64,000 nucleotides of DNA, taken from contig JANRIL010000040.1 of assembly GCA_033764955.1 (NCBI GenBank), forward strand, positions 32,001-96,000. The letters are read 5' to 3'. Under the pieces are notes generated by a model, which was given only the letters and a program-made list of their open reading frames with translations, was not told where the DNA came from and searched no databases. This document shows, piece after piece, positions 20,642 through 31,343 of this stretch. Each line of letters opens with the position of its first letter. The stretch's first letter is position 1. The position numbers were made by a program, and so were the translations under genes. This DNA is from Cyanobacteriota bacterium. GTDB taxonomy: Bacteria; Cyanobacteriota; Cyanobacteriia; Thermostichales; Thermostichaceae.

Positions 20642-21130
20642 ATGTCTCACAACCTGATTGTTCGCACCTACTTGCCATCCGAAAAACCACCCACCTACAA
20701 AGATCCGGTTGTTGAGCCAGAAACTACTGCTGCCGCCTCAAATGGTTCTCAATGTAAGGCTTCTGCCCAACAACGGAAAGTAGAGATGCCGATCGGGTGG
20801 CATCGGCTGACTCCTGCCCCTCTTTTGACCGCTCTTTTGATGGGCATGGTTGGCGTCACCACTCTTTTACCAACAAATACCTGGCGGCAACTGGATTCTG
20901 CGTTTCCCAACCTGACTCCGCTAACGATGCAGATCCGACAGTTGCGGGTAATTGTCTTCTACTGGCGAGCAAATTATATGGAGAACCGCGATGCCGCCAT
21001 CGAAGCGCGGGCAGAAGGGCTACTGGCTTACCAAGATGCCCAAGCGGAGTATCGCCATTGTCTAAGTCAACCAACCCCAGAACGATCGGTTCCCTGTCAA
21101 GCTCCCTCTCCGCCCCCTCTAATTTGGTGA
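20642..21130 (+). CDS. Hypothetical single-TM protein
   Basis: ATG ORF with one hydrophobic segment. Confidence 0.5.
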   Translation: MSHNLIVRTYLPSEKPPTYKDPVVEPETTAAASNGSQCKASAQQRKVEMPIGWHRLTPAPLLTALLMGMVGVTTLLPTNTWRQLDSAFPNLTPLTMQIRQLRVIVFYWRANYMENRDAAIEARAEGLLAYQDAQAEYRHCLSQPTPERSVPCQAPSPPPLIW

Positions 21131-21278
21131 GATTGATTGACAGTCCCCTGAATACTCTGCCCCGCCGCCGATCCAATTGTCCGCTCATCCGAATCAACAC
21201 CGCAAGAAATGGGTGGCACAAGTCCGCCACTCTCCATAGATTGAGGGAGATGTCTATTATCCAATCCTTCTTCCTCAA

Positions 21279-22193
21279 GTGATGAATAGCCGATTTGCTT
21301 CCCCAGAAACTCCCCAATCCAACCCACTGGCAACAGGGGATCCCGACACCTATGCACGGATTGCCCAGGCCATTGCTTTTATGCGGCAACACTATCGCCA
21401 TCAGCCCGATTTAGCCACTATTGCCCAGCAGGTTCACCTGAGTCCCTACCATTTTCAACGGCTCTTTACCCGTTGGGCTGGCATCAGCCCCAAACACTTT
21501 TTGCAATATCTCACCCTGGAATATGCCAAATCTCAAATTGCTTATACCCGCAGTTTATTAGATCTGTCGGGGAATCTGGGGTTATCTAGTCCCAGTCGCT
21601 TGCATGACCTGTTTGTCACCCTAGAAGCCATCTCCCCCGGCGAGTTCAAAACAGGGGGCAGTGGTCTACAGATTGACTACGGGATCCATTCCAGTCCGTT
21701 TGGCTCCTGCTTGATCGCCAAGACCGCCCGTGGCATCTGCCATCTGCAATTTTGGGATGGCGCTGAGGATCGAGAGCAGGCTGAAAGGCAGCTACACCGT
21801 GAATGGGTCAAGGCTGAAATCCGCTATCATCCACAGTCCACACAGCCCATCAGTGAGCAGATTTTTCAACCCCTAGCTCGGCCAACCCAAACCTGGGTGC
21901 TGGCGGTGAAGGGAACCAACTTTCAGATGCAGGTTTGGCGAGCCTTACTGGCTATTCCGTCGGGAGGACTAACCACCTATCAGGATCTCGCTATTGCCAT
22001 CGGCCAACCCAAAGCCGCCCGTGCTGTTGGTCATGCCCTCGCCTGCAATCCCGTGGGTTATTTGATTCCCTGTCATCGGGTGATTCGTCAATCCGGCGAC
22101 TTAGGGGGGTTCCGCTGGGGGCTGGAGCGCAAAACGATGATGCTAGGGTGGGAAGCCAGCCACCGCCAAAACACCCCAGTGGGGCAAGAATGA
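21279..22193 (+). CDS. Bifunctional AraC-HTH / methylated-DNA-protein-cysteine methyltransferase (Ada-like, no Zn-finger domain)
   Basis: LSPYHFQRLF HTH, GTNFQMQVW, RAVG, IPCHRV. Confidence 0.9.
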   Translation: MMNSRFASPETPQSNPLATGDPDTYARIAQAIAFMRQHYRHQPDLATIAQQVHLSPYHFQRLFTRWAGISPKHFLQYLTLEYAKSQIAYTRSLLDLSGNLGLSSPSRLHDLFVTLEAISPGEFKTGGSGLQIDYGIHSSPFGSCLIAKTARGICHLQFWDGAEDREQAERQLHREWVKAEIRYHPQSTQPISEQIFQPLARPTQTWVLAVKGTNFQMQVWRALLAIPSGGLTTYQDLAIAIGQPKAARAVGHALACNPVGYLIPCHRVIRQSGDLGGFRWGLERKTMMLGWEASHRQNTPVGQE

Positions 22194-22194
22194 C

Positions 22195-23118
22195 ATGAAA
22201 AGACGAGAGATTGCTGAATTTTTGTTGCTCGCTGGTGTATGGGGAGGATCCTTTCTGTTTATGCGGGTGGCAGCTCCCGTTTTGGGGGCGGTTTGGTTAA
22301 TCGAGCTACGGGTATTGATTGCCGGACTTGCCCTCATGCCCCTAGTGATGAGATCGGGTCTCCTGCCTGAGTTACGCGATCACTGGCTGACCCTCTTCAT
22401 CGCGGGCTGTATCAACTCCGCCCTTCCCTTTTCTCTGCTGGCCTTTGCCTCGATTGCTCTGCCCGCCGGATTTACCTCGATTTTGAATGCCACCACCCCC
22501 CTGTTTGGCAGTTTGGTTGCCTGGATCTGGTTAAAGGAAAAAACTACCCTGCCGCGCATTCTGGGCTGTGTCGTAGGGTTTGTCGGGGTCTTGGTCTTGA
22601 TGGGATGGCAGCGCTTTAGCCCCACCCCTCAGTTTGGCTGGGCGGTCGCCGCCGGATTGCTAGCCTCCTGCTTGTATGGAGTGGGCGCTCCGTTTATCAA
22701 ACACAAGCTGGCTGGGATTTCGGCGCTGGCGGTTACCACAGGCAGTCAGTTAGGAGCCGCCTGCTTCCTCCTCCCCCTGTTGCCCTTTACCCTACCCGAT
22801 GCTCCACTCAGCCTATCGGTTGTGGTCTCCGTTCTGGGCTTGGCGCTCCTCTCCACGGCGTTTGCTTATATGCTCTATCTGCGCCTAATCCGCAGCATCG
22901 GCTCCACCAAAACCCTCACCGTGACCTATTGGATCCCGTTCTTTGCCATGCTCTGGGGATCCCTGTTCCTGGATGAATCCATCAATCTCTCGATGATCGT
23001 GGGCTGCGGCTTGATTTTGCTGGGAACCGCCATTGCCAACGATGTATTGGCAGGGAGGCATAGGCCGTTGTTGAGGGGGCGGCACGCCAGTCGGGCGGAA
23101 AAAACAGTAGGATCATAA
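22195..23118 (+). CDS. DMT/EamA-family transporter
   Basis: WGGSFLFMR, about 10 TM segments, ILNATTPLF. Confidence 0.9.
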   Translation: MKRREIAEFLLLAGVWGGSFLFMRVAAPVLGAVWLIELRVLIAGLALMPLVMRSGLLPELRDHWLTLFIAGCINSALPFSLLAFASIALPAGFTSILNATTPLFGSLVAWIWLKEKTTLPRILGCVVGFVGVLVLMGWQRFSPTPQFGWAVAAGLLASCLYGVGAPFIKHKLAGISALAVTTGSQLGAACFLLPLLPFTLPDAPLSLSVVVSVLGLALLSTAFAYMLYLRLIRSIGSTKTLTVTYWIPFFAMLWGSLFLDESINLSMIVGCGLILLGTAIANDVLAGRHRPLLRGRHASRAEKTVGS

Positions 23119-23162
23119 GGCAAAACCTCTGGTTCGCCAGTCGGAAGGAGTGATACATCTGC

Positions 23163-23654
23163 ATGGCTTCTACCTATTCATTTGATATCGTTAGTGAGTT
23201 TGATCGGCAGGAATTGGTGAATGCCATCGATCAGGTGGTGCGGGATATCAAGTCTCGTTATGACCTGAAGGATACGAATAGCGACATCTCGCTAGAGGCA
23301 GAAACGATTACCATCTCAACCCAGAGCGACATGACCCTGGAAGCCATTCAAGATCTACTAAGAACCAAAGCAGCCAAGCGCAATCTCTCCCTCAAAATCT
23401 TTGACTTTCAGACCCCCGAAGCCGCCAGTGGCAACCGAGTTCGCCAAACCATCAAACTCAAAAAAGGTATCGAACAAAGCCTTGCCAAAGATATTTCCAA
23501 ACAAATTCGAGATACCTTCAAAAAAGTCACCCCCAGTATTCAAGGAGATGCTATACGGGTTTCTGCCAAAGACAAAGATGAGTTACAAACTGTGATTCAG
23601 ATGCTCAAGCAGCAGGACTATCCAGTGGCGTTACAATTTACTAACTATCGCTAG
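23163..23654 (+). CDS. yajQ: YajQ-family nucleotide-binding protein
   Basis: [31 protein letters not shown]. Confidence 0.95.
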   Translation: MASTYSFDIVSEFDRQELVNAIDQVVRDIKSRYDLKDTNSDISLEAETITISTQSDMTLEAIQDLLRTKAAKRNLSLKIFDFQTPEAASGNRVRQTIKLKKGIEQSLAKDISKQIRDTFKKVTPSIQGDAIRVSAKDKDELQTVIQMLKQQDYPVALQFTNYR

Positions 23655-23744
23655 TATCGCTAGACCGGCTAAAAATCCTTGCTGGCTGACGGGATCCCAG
23701 TCTTTCCCCTCCAGGCAGGATATCTTACCCAGAAGAGGCTGCTT

Positions 23745-24284
23745 GTGAACGCCGATCTCCCCTCCCCTTCATTGCCGGATCCGCGCCCGCTCTCCGACTA
23801 TTTGTTAGCCATTCAATCCGGATTTGAACGGGGATCCTACCGCGAGGTGCTGACCTGGGTGGAAGCGGCGTTGCGTCACTATCCGCAATCGGGATCCCTG
23901 CGCCTCTGGCAAGCTCTCACCATAGAAGCCCTTGGACAGACGACCCAGGCGATTGAGCTGATGCAGATGTTGGTTCACCATCCCGATCCTGAGATTGCTC
24001 AGCAGGCTAAATATCTGGTCTATATCTGGAAGGCTCCCCGTCTGCAACGTCCGCCAGCTTGGTTGAGTGAAATCCCCGACCTCAGTCAACTGGCAGATTC
24101 TGCCGTCACGCTGGGCAGTCGGCTCCCCCCCCTGCCGCAACAGCGATCCAGAACAACCCCACCGCCGCCAGTTGTGAACTCGGATCCCGCTCTCTCTGAG
24201 CAATCAGACCGTACTATGATCTGGATGTGGCTGGCCGTTGTTGCCTCCGTGATCGGACTGGGCTGGCTCTTAGCCATGATTTAG
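23745..24284 (+). CDS. TPR-like protein with C-terminal TM anchor
   Basis: FERGSYRE, APRLQRP...WLSEIPDL, C-terminal hydrophobic helix. Confidence 0.7.
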   Translation: MNADLPSPSLPDPRPLSDYLLAIQSGFERGSYREVLTWVEAALRHYPQSGSLRLWQALTIEALGQTTQAIELMQMLVHHPDPEIAQQAKYLVYIWKAPRLQRPPAWLSEIPDLSQLADSAVTLGSRLPPLPQQRSRTTPPPPVVNSDPALSEQSDRTMIWMWLAVVASVIGLGWLLAMI

Positions 24285-24323
24285 TTAGCACCACCCAAGC
24301 CGAGAGAGGAGAACAAAACGGTT

Positions 24324-25235
24324 GTGAAGGAAGCCATCTGGGTCAGTGTTCCGGCGACGACAGCCAATCTAGGGCCAGGGTTTGACTGCTTGGGAGCCGC
24401 CCTCGATCTGCACAATCGCTTTGGCTTTCGCCAGAGTCCCGCCGGATTAACGATTCACTATCGCGGTGCTGATCACGTCAGCGTCGGCAAAGACAATCTG
24501 GTCTATCGGGCGTTTAGTCGCGCTTTTGAAGTATTGAGTAAACCTGTGCCGGGGGTAGAAATTGAGCTGGAACTGAATGTGCCCCCCTCCCGTGGCTTGG
24601 GTAGTTCGGCGACAGCGATTGTGGGGGGACTGTTGGGAGCCAATGCCCTCGGCGATCTAAATCTGACCCCCGACACCCTGCTACAACTGGCGATTGCCCT
24701 GGAAGGGCATCCTGACAATGTAGTGCCCGCCCTGAAAGGAAGCTGTCAGTTGTGTGTGCCATCCCAACAGGCGGGGCAGTGGGTGTTTTGTCCGATAGAC
24801 TGGGTGGACTCGATTGCCTTGGTGGCTGCTGTGCCCAACTTTAAGCTATCTACGCAGGCGGCACGGGAAGTCTTGCCTAAGACCGTTAGCCTAGCGGACG
24901 CGATTTTTTCGACCTCCCATTTGGGGCTGTTGGTGCGTTCTTTAGAAACGGGAAACTCAGATTGGTTGCGGGTTGCTCTCCAGGATCGGCTACATCAACC
25001 CGCCCGTTTTGCCCTGATTCCTGGCTTTCGAGAGGTGCAAGCGGCGGCTCAAGCTGCCGGAGCCTATGGGGTGGTGATCAGTGGGGCTGGTCCTACGTTG
25101 ATGGCCTTTTGTAGTCCCACCACCTCCGATCAGGTGGGATCCGCGATGGTGAATGCGTGGCAGCAGTTGGACGTGGAAGCGGAAGCCAAGCCCCTCAACC
25201 TTGACCGACGGGGAGGACGGGTCTTGCTCAGTTGA
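24324..25235 (+). CDS. thrB: Homoserine kinase
   Basis: VPATTANLGPGFD, PPSRGLGSSA, EGHPDN, ISGAGPT. Confidence 0.96.
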   Translation: MKEAIWVSVPATTANLGPGFDCLGAALDLHNRFGFRQSPAGLTIHYRGADHVSVGKDNLVYRAFSRAFEVLSKPVPGVEIELELNVPPSRGLGSSATAIVGGLLGANALGDLNLTPDTLLQLAIALEGHPDNVVPALKGSCQLCVPSQQAGQWVFCPIDWVDSIALVAAVPNFKLSTQAAREVLPKTVSLADAIFSTSHLGLLVRSLETGNSDWLRVALQDRLHQPARFALIPGFREVQAAAQAAGAYGVVISGAGPTLMAFCSPTTSDQVGSAMVNAWQQLDVEAEAKPLNLDRRGGRVLLS

Positions 25236-25245
25236 AGTCCCTTTG

Positions 25246-25962
25246 TTAGCTCGGTTTCTGAATGACGAGGATCCCCATTAAGCCCCAGGCAATGGGATAA
25301 AACCTAACCTGGCTAAACCCAGTTGCCTCAGCTAGTCTGATCTGCTCGTTTCCGGTGGGAAAATGGTCTAGGCTGGGGTGAATATAAGCATAGTCATTTT
25401 CTACTCCCGATTGACGAGCGGCGGTCATCACCACCTGATCTAAATAAAATTTCTGAAATTGCTGAACGGCAGCTTGTTGGGGGCGATGAAAATCGAGGAT
25501 AGCTGCCCAGGATCCCTTTTGCAAAACCCGATAAATTTCACTCAGCGCCTGCGGAATATCCGTGACATTTCGCAGCCCATAGCCCATAGTTACCGACGAA
25601 AAAGTCTCTTCAGGAAAAGGCAATGATAGGGCATCCCCGCAAACCCATGTGATCGGATAGTGGGGGAAAAAATAATTTGAACGTTGTTGGGCAATCCTTA
25701 ATAAATCTTCTGAAAAATCGATGCCATACACCTGCCCCGATCGGCCAACCTTACGAGCCAGTTGCAGGGCTAGATCCCCCGATCCACAGCAAACATCTAA
25801 AGCATGAGAACCCCGCTTGGGTCTTGCCCAGCGCACCGCCATTCCCTTCCAAACGTGATGAAGTCCCCAACTCATTTGCTGATTAAGCCGATCATAGTGG
25901 GGGGCAATTCGATTAAACAAATCCCGAATTTGCTGGGGAGTTTGGATGTCAGCCGTTGGCAT
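25246..25962 (-). CDS. menG: Demethylphylloquinol/UbiE-type methyltransferase
   Basis: FNRIAPHYDRLN, LDVCCGSGD, GYGLRNV. Confidence 0.88.
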   Translation of the reverse strand: MPTADIQTPQQIRDLFNRIAPHYDRLNQQMSWGLHHVWKGMAVRWARPKRGSHALDVCCGSGDLALQLARKVGRSGQVYGIDFSEDLLRIAQQRSNYFFPHYPITWVCGDALSLPFPEETFSSVTMGYGLRNVTDIPQALSEIYRVLQKGSWAAILDFHRPQQAAVQQFQKFYLDQVVMTAARQSGVENDYAYIHPSLDHFPTGNEQIRLAEATGFSQVRFYPIAWGLMGILVIQKPS

Positions 25963-26128
25963 ATCGAAAGAGGAGGATCCTAATCAATAGGGGTTTAGGG
26001 TTCTCACTTTAGCAGGTGCAAGGGGGGACATCACACAAATGTCTTGACAGGTGTCTTTCGGGATGGATCCTCCTCCTCCTATGATGATGGACAAGCGGAA
26101 ATAGGTTCATAACGTGCTAGGGAGGATT

Positions 26129-26791
26129 ATGTCAGCATCCAGGCAGGTTATCCCCATCGATCCAGAATTTTTTTGCGATGGACATTATTATGTCTTGACC
26201 TCCCTCAGCTTGGGAGGCAGCCATCTCACCGCCGAGCAGCTTTCTGAGCAGTTGAGAGGAGGGGATGCTCAAACCATCCGGATCCTCTTGCAAGAAGGGA
26301 TTTGCCTGCCTTTATTTTTTGATGGGGATTGTGCCCTCGATCACGCCACCACCTTTGTTGTGGGGGATCTAGACGAAACGGAGGAGCAGAATTGGATTGG
26401 CTGTTTGACCAGCAAGTTGCATATTCCCTGTGGCAAGCTGCTTTTGCTGTGTGGAGGGGGGGATCCCAATGAATTGGAGGAGATCCTGTCGGGAAAACCG
26501 CCGGCTCCCCATTACGTGATCTTTCAGGTGATTGAGGTTCCCCCCCAAACCTATCGGGTGGATGTGTATGCCTATCTATCCAGCATGACGGTTCAGCAAT
26601 CTTTGAGCTACTATGACCAACATTTTGAGGAAATCGTCGATCAGGAAAGACTGGATCACTACCTAGCCAATCGCCCCGGTATTCCTGGCACAGACTATAT
26701 CATTCAGCTTCGTCCCTGCCAGGGTGAGGTGCCCTTACCGGAACTGGTGCCTGAGTTAGATTGGGGCGGTGTTTTTCAGTTCCGCCGTTAA
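26129..26791 (+). CDS. Acidic hypothetical protein
   Basis: 220-aa ORF with RBS GGAGGA; no family recognised. Confidence 0.6.
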   Translation: MSASRQVIPIDPEFFCDGHYYVLTSLSLGGSHLTAEQLSEQLRGGDAQTIRILLQEGICLPLFFDGDCALDHATTFVVGDLDETEEQNWIGCLTSKLHIPCGKLLLLCGGGDPNELEEILSGKPPAPHYVIFQVIEVPPQTYRVDVYAYLSSMTVQQSLSYYDQHFEEIVDQERLDHYLANRPGIPGTDYIIQLRPCQGEVPLPELVPELDWGGVFQFRR

Positions 26792-26836
26792 GGCTACTGC
26801 TGCCACCCCACCCCCTCTCTGAAACGAACAAGTCGC

Positions 26837-28765
26837 CTAACTGAGTACCCTGGAGCGAAGGGATCCCTGGCCTTTTTGTAGTTTTTGCAGGATTTTATCG
26901 GCTATCCCTGAACTGTTGAGACCTAACCCACTCAGAGCCTGATCGGGGGTGGCATGTTCCACTAGTTGATCGGGGATCCCTAGCCGTAGAATGGGCACCT
27001 GAATCTCCGCATCCAAGAGAGCCTCCGCCACAGCGGAACCAAATCCACCCATCAGACAACCCTCTTCCACGGTCACCACCCGACCAATCCGTTCGGCTAA
27101 GGGTAGGATGAGGGCTTGATCGAGGGGTTTCACAAAGCGAGCGTTAATCACCGTCGCATCAAAACCATGTTCTTGCAGGATCTCGGCAGCCTGTAAAGCC
27201 GGGTAGACCATCGTGCCATAGGCCACGATCAAAATATCCTCCCCATTCCTGAGGATTTCCCCTTGACCAATGGGTAAAGGCTCCCAGCCTTCTTCCGCCA
27301 GAGGAGCACCGATGCCACAACCACGGGGATAGCGTAGGGCAATCGGGCCACTGGTATGCTGGACACCCGTCACGATCATCCGTTGCAGTTCGGCCTCATC
27401 TTTAGGAGCCATCGCCACCATGTTGGGGATGCAGCGCAGATAGGCAATGTCATACAGTCCTTGGTGGGTAGGGCCATCGGCTCCCACTATGCCAGCCCGA
27501 TCCAAACAGAAAAAGACAGGCAGATTTTGAATGCAGACATCGTGAATAATTTGATCGTAGGCGCGCTGCAAAAACGTGGAATAGATCGCCGCCACCGGAC
27601 GCATTCCTTCACAGGCCAATCCAGCTGCTAACGTGACGGCATGTTGCTCGGCAATACCAACATCGATAAATTGCTTCGGCAGCTTTTCCTTGAGTTTGGT
27701 TAAGCCTGTGCCCGTGTCCATAGCGGCGGTGATGCCGATAATGCGGGGATCCTGTTCGGCCAGCTTCGTGAGGGTATGGCCAAAGACTTTGCAGTAGTCG
27801 GGGGGCTTGGGCTTGCTGGAGGGATAGGGTTTGCCCGTCTCCAGATTAAATTTGTTTTGGGCGTGATAGCCGACGCGATCCGCTTCCGCAGGTGTATAGC
27901 CCTTGCCCTTGATGGTTGCCACATGCACCAGCACCGGACCAGGGATCCCATGCCCCAGTTGAAAGGCATCCAGCAATTCTGGCAGATCATGCCCGTCTAC
28001 TGGGCCGACATAGGTAAAGCCCAATTCTTCAAAGACAATCCCCACCTTGTTGTTTTGAACCGCCGTGATCAGCTTCATGCTTTCTTTCATGCGGTCAATC
28101 TCAGGGGTGAGACTCGATCCGACTAAAGGCAGGTTTTTGATCTGCTCTTCCAGGCTGTCGGTAATGAACTGGACGGGTGGGCTGAGGCGAATCCGATTGA
28201 GGTAGCGGGGGATGGCTCCCACATTGGGGGAAATCGACATGCCATTGTCATTCAAAACCACCATCAAGTTGGTTTTGGGCAAATGCCCAGCATGGTTGAT
28301 GGCTTCGTAGGCCATGCCCCCCGTCAAGGCTCCATCACCGATGATTGCCACCACCTTAAAGTCATCCCCTTTCGCATCCCGGGCGAGCGCCATACCTAGG
28401 GCGGCGGAGATGCTGGTGGAGGCATGACCTGCCCCGAAGTGGTCAAAACGGCTTTCCCCCCGCTTGCAGTAGCCCGCAATCCCGTCTTTTTGCCGCAGGG
28501 TATGAAACTGGTGATAGCGACCCGTCAGCATTTTGTGAGCATAGGCTTGGTGGCCAACATCCCAAATCACCTTGTCGCGGTCGAGATCCAGGGTTTTGTA
28601 GAGGGCTAACGTTAGCTCTACAACGCCTAGCCCAGGCCCTAGGTGTCCGCCACTGGTGGCAACGGTTAACAAGTGTTTATCGCGGAGCTGGCGTGCCAGG
28701 TGCTTCAGTTGGGCGATGCTGAGGTCGTGAAGCTGGTTGGGATGAGTGAGGTCACTCAGTTGCAT
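26837..28765 (-). CDS. dxs: 1-deoxy-D-xylulose-5-phosphate synthase
   Basis: [46 protein letters not shown]. Confidence 0.97.
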   Translation of the reverse strand: MQLSDLTHPNQLHDLSIAQLKHLARQLRDKHLLTVATSGGHLGPGLGVVELTLALYKTLDLDRDKVIWDVGHQAYAHKMLTGRYHQFHTLRQKDGIAGYCKRGESRFDHFGAGHASTSISAALGMALARDAKGDDFKVVAIIGDGALTGGMAYEAINHAGHLPKTNLMVVLNDNGMSISPNVGAIPRYLNRIRLSPPVQFITDSLEEQIKNLPLVGSSLTPEIDRMKESMKLITAVQNNKVGIVFEELGFTYVGPVDGHDLPELLDAFQLGHGIPGPVLVHVATIKGKGYTPAEADRVGYHAQNKFNLETGKPYPSSKPKPPDYCKVFGHTLTKLAEQDPRIIGITAAMDTGTGLTKLKEKLPKQFIDVGIAEQHAVTLAAGLACEGMRPVAAIYSTFLQRAYDQIIHDVCIQNLPVFFCLDRAGIVGADGPTHQGLYDIAYLRCIPNMVAMAPKDEAELQRMIVTGVQHTSGPIALRYPRGCGIGAPLAEEGWEPLPIGQGEILRNGEDILIVAYGTMVYPALQAAEILQEHGFDATVINARFVKPLDQALILPLAERIGRVVTVEEGCLMGGFGSAVAEALLDAEIQVPILRLGIPDQLVEHATPDQALSGLGLNSSGIADKILQKLQKGQGSLRSRVLS

Positions 28766-28774
28766 AGGTCACCC

Positions 28775-28792
28775 GTTACGTTTCGTTACATT
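28775..28792 (+). promoter_or_regulatory. HLR1-like direct repeat just upstream of dxs
   Basis: GTTACGTT-TC-GTTACATT, one mismatch to the HLR1 consensus. Confidence 0.45.
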
Positions 28793-29060
28793 TACTATAG
28801 CGAGAATTTCGACGGCCATTGGTCGGCAAAAGGGCTGCACAGGGTTGGCAGAATTTAGTCTGGCTCTCAGTCTAGATCCAAAAGGGGATCCCTATTCCTG
28901 AAGTTTTTCAAACGGAGGCACCCCACTAGCCCCAGTGTGGCTGACAAGCGACCCTCCGATCCCGCAGACTGGGGGAAGATCCTCTTCTTTTTCCAGCCGG
29001 ATATCGCGGGGTTGAGGAGATTTTGTGATGTGAGCACGGGCAAGGGTTGAGCAAAAAACT

Positions 29061-30557
29061 ATGGTGGATCACCTTCCGCATTTTGTGAACGGCAACCGCA
29101 TTGAGGGCACCAGCCAACGCTGGGGAGACGTTTATAATCCTGCCCTAGGTACAGTGATTGCCCAGGTGCCCTTAGCCTCCGCTGCCGAAACTCGTCAGGC
29201 GATTATGGCCGCTCAGCAAGCCTTCCCCGCTTGGGCGGAGGTGACCCCGCTGCGGCGCGCCCGCGTCCTGTTTCGCTTTAAGGAATTGCTGGAGAAGCAT
29301 CAGGATGACTTGGCGGACTGCATTACCCGCGAACATGGCAAAACCCTGGAAGATGCCAAGGCAGCTCTCCAGCGGGGGATCGAGGTGGTGGAGTTTGCCT
29401 GTGGGATCCCCCATCTGCTGAAGGGAGAATTTTCGGAACAGGTGGGAACGGGGGTGGACAGTTGGTCGATGCGTCAGCCCTTGGGGGTTTGTGCGGGCAT
29501 CACTCCCTTTAATTTTCCGGCGATGGTGCCTCTCTGGATGTTTCCGTTGGCGATTGCCTGCGGGAACAGCTTTATTCTCAAACCCTCTGAAAAGGATCCC
29601 TCCGCCGCCCTTTGGCTAGCCGAGTGCTTGCAGGCCGCCGGATTGCCGGATGGTGTTTTCAACGTGGTGCATGGGGATCGGGAAGCGGTCGATACCTTGC
29701 TCACCCACCCTGAGGTGGCGGCCATCAGTTTTGTGGGTTCTACCCCTGTGGCCGAGTATGTCTATGCCACCGGATCCGCCCATGGCAAACGGGTACAAGC
29801 CCTGGCTGGAGCCAAAAACCACATGGTGATCCTGCCGGATGCTGACCTGGAACAAGCAGTGCATGGGCTGATGAGTGCTGCCTATGGTTCTGCCGGAGAA
29901 CGCTGTATGGCGATAGCCGTCGCCGTGGCGGTGGGAGGGGTTGGGGATCCCCTGATTGAGCAGTTGCTGCCCCGCATTCGGAGCCTCAAGATTGGGTGTG
30001 GTACCGATCCGCAGGTGGATATGGGGCCACTGGTCACCCCTCAGCATTGGCAACGGGTTAAGGATTACATCAATCTGGGAATCGCGGAAGGAGCCGAACT
30101 GCGGGTGGATGGTCGCTCATGGCAGGTGGCGGGCTATGAACAGGGCTTTTTTATGGGGGGATCCCTGTTTGATCACGTCACTCCCACCATGCGGATCTAT
30201 CAAGAAGAAATTTTTGGCCCTGTTTTGGTGGTAGTGCGGGTGGCGGATTTGCCTGCTGCCCTTGATCTGGTCAATCAGCATCCCTTTGGCAATGGCACGG
30301 CGATTTTCACCCGTGACGGGTATGCCGCCCGCTATTTTAGCCATCATGTGAAAGTGGGAATGGTGGGCATCAATGTGCCTATTCCCGTGCCGATGGCCTT
30401 TCATAGCTTCGGGGGCTGGAAGCAATCGTTGCTGGGATCCCTGCACATTCACGGCATGGATGGCGTGCGCTTTTATACTCGCCTTAAGACCGTCACCTCC
30501 CGTTGGCCGAGGGATCCCTCGGCCTTGCCAACCTACGTCATGCCCACCATGTCGTAG
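29061..30557 (+). CDS. mmsA: CoA-acylating (methyl)malonate-semialdehyde dehydrogenase
   Basis: ITPFNFPAM, KPSEKDP, FVGSTP, GAKNH, GERCMA, EEIFGP. Confidence 0.92.
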   Translation: MVDHLPHFVNGNRIEGTSQRWGDVYNPALGTVIAQVPLASAAETRQAIMAAQQAFPAWAEVTPLRRARVLFRFKELLEKHQDDLADCITREHGKTLEDAKAALQRGIEVVEFACGIPHLLKGEFSEQVGTGVDSWSMRQPLGVCAGITPFNFPAMVPLWMFPLAIACGNSFILKPSEKDPSAALWLAECLQAAGLPDGVFNVVHGDREAVDTLLTHPEVAAISFVGSTPVAEYVYATGSAHGKRVQALAGAKNHMVILPDADLEQAVHGLMSAAYGSAGERCMAIAVAVAVGGVGDPLIEQLLPRIRSLKIGCGTDPQVDMGPLVTPQHWQRVKDYINLGIAEGAELRVDGRSWQVAGYEQGFFMGGSLFDHVTPTMRIYQEEIFGPVLVVVRVADLPAALDLVNQHPFGNGTAIFTRDGYAARYFSHHVKVGMVGINVPIPVPMAFHSFGGWKQSLLGSLHIHGMDGVRFYTRLKTVTSRWPRDPSALPTYVMPTMS

Positions 30558-30619
30558 CGGCAACTGCAAATTGGCAATCCACGGAATACCGATAGGGTAG
30601 GACTAGCCCAGAGATCAAG

Positions 30620-31252
30620 ATGGATACTCCCGATTTCCGCTCCCAGATAGTTGCCTATATCCGCACTCAGGCGCAGCCACCGGATAAATATGCCCATCAA
30701 CCGCGTCTTTATCAACTGGCTGTCCGGCTTGGGCAGGGGCAACCTTTTGATGATGACGTCCTTTTTGCTGCCGTTTGGTTGCATGATCTGGGGGTTTTTG
30801 TGGGGCATCGGCCTAGCGATCTGACCGCTTTAGCCACCTGGGATCACTTAGCTTATGCGGTGGAAAAAGTTCCCGATTTGTTAAAGCAATGGGGCTTTCC
30901 CGCCGAAAAAATTCCTGCCGTCATTAACGCTATTTTGACCCACTTACCCGCAGGACAACCCACGTCAATCGAGGGATCCCTTTTGCATGATGCCGATATT
31001 TTGGAGCAATTAGGAGCGGTAGGAATCTTGCGGATGGTCAGCAAAGTGGGACGAGACAGCCGCTATCCCACCCATGCCGCAGCCATAGCCATGCTTGAGC
31101 AGCAAGTACAAACGCTCCCCTCCCACCTGAGGCTGAGCCAAGCCAAAATCATGGCAAAACCACGCATTGATCTTCTAGACAGTTTTCTGCGAGCCGCCCA
31201 ACAGGAGTCCCAGGGAGTTTTGTCGGGAAACGATTGGATCCCCTATGGTTGA
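30620..31252 (+). CDS. HD-domain phosphohydrolase
   Basis: H...LHDLG...H...H...HDADILEQLGAVG. Confidence 0.8.
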   Translation: MDTPDFRSQIVAYIRTQAQPPDKYAHQPRLYQLAVRLGQGQPFDDDVLFAAVWLHDLGVFVGHRPSDLTALATWDHLAYAVEKVPDLLKQWGFPAEKIPAVINAILTHLPAGQPTSIEGSLLHDADILEQLGAVGILRMVSKVGRDSRYPTHAAAIAMLEQQVQTLPSHLRLSQAKIMAKPRIDLLDSFLRAAQQESQGVLSGNDWIPYG

Positions 31253-31343
31253 CACCCCTACCTGCCTTGGAAGGCTATGGTGGCATGAAGGATATTTGGG
31301 TGCATGAATGGGAGATTGATATTGCTGGTGTTGGGTGGGATCC

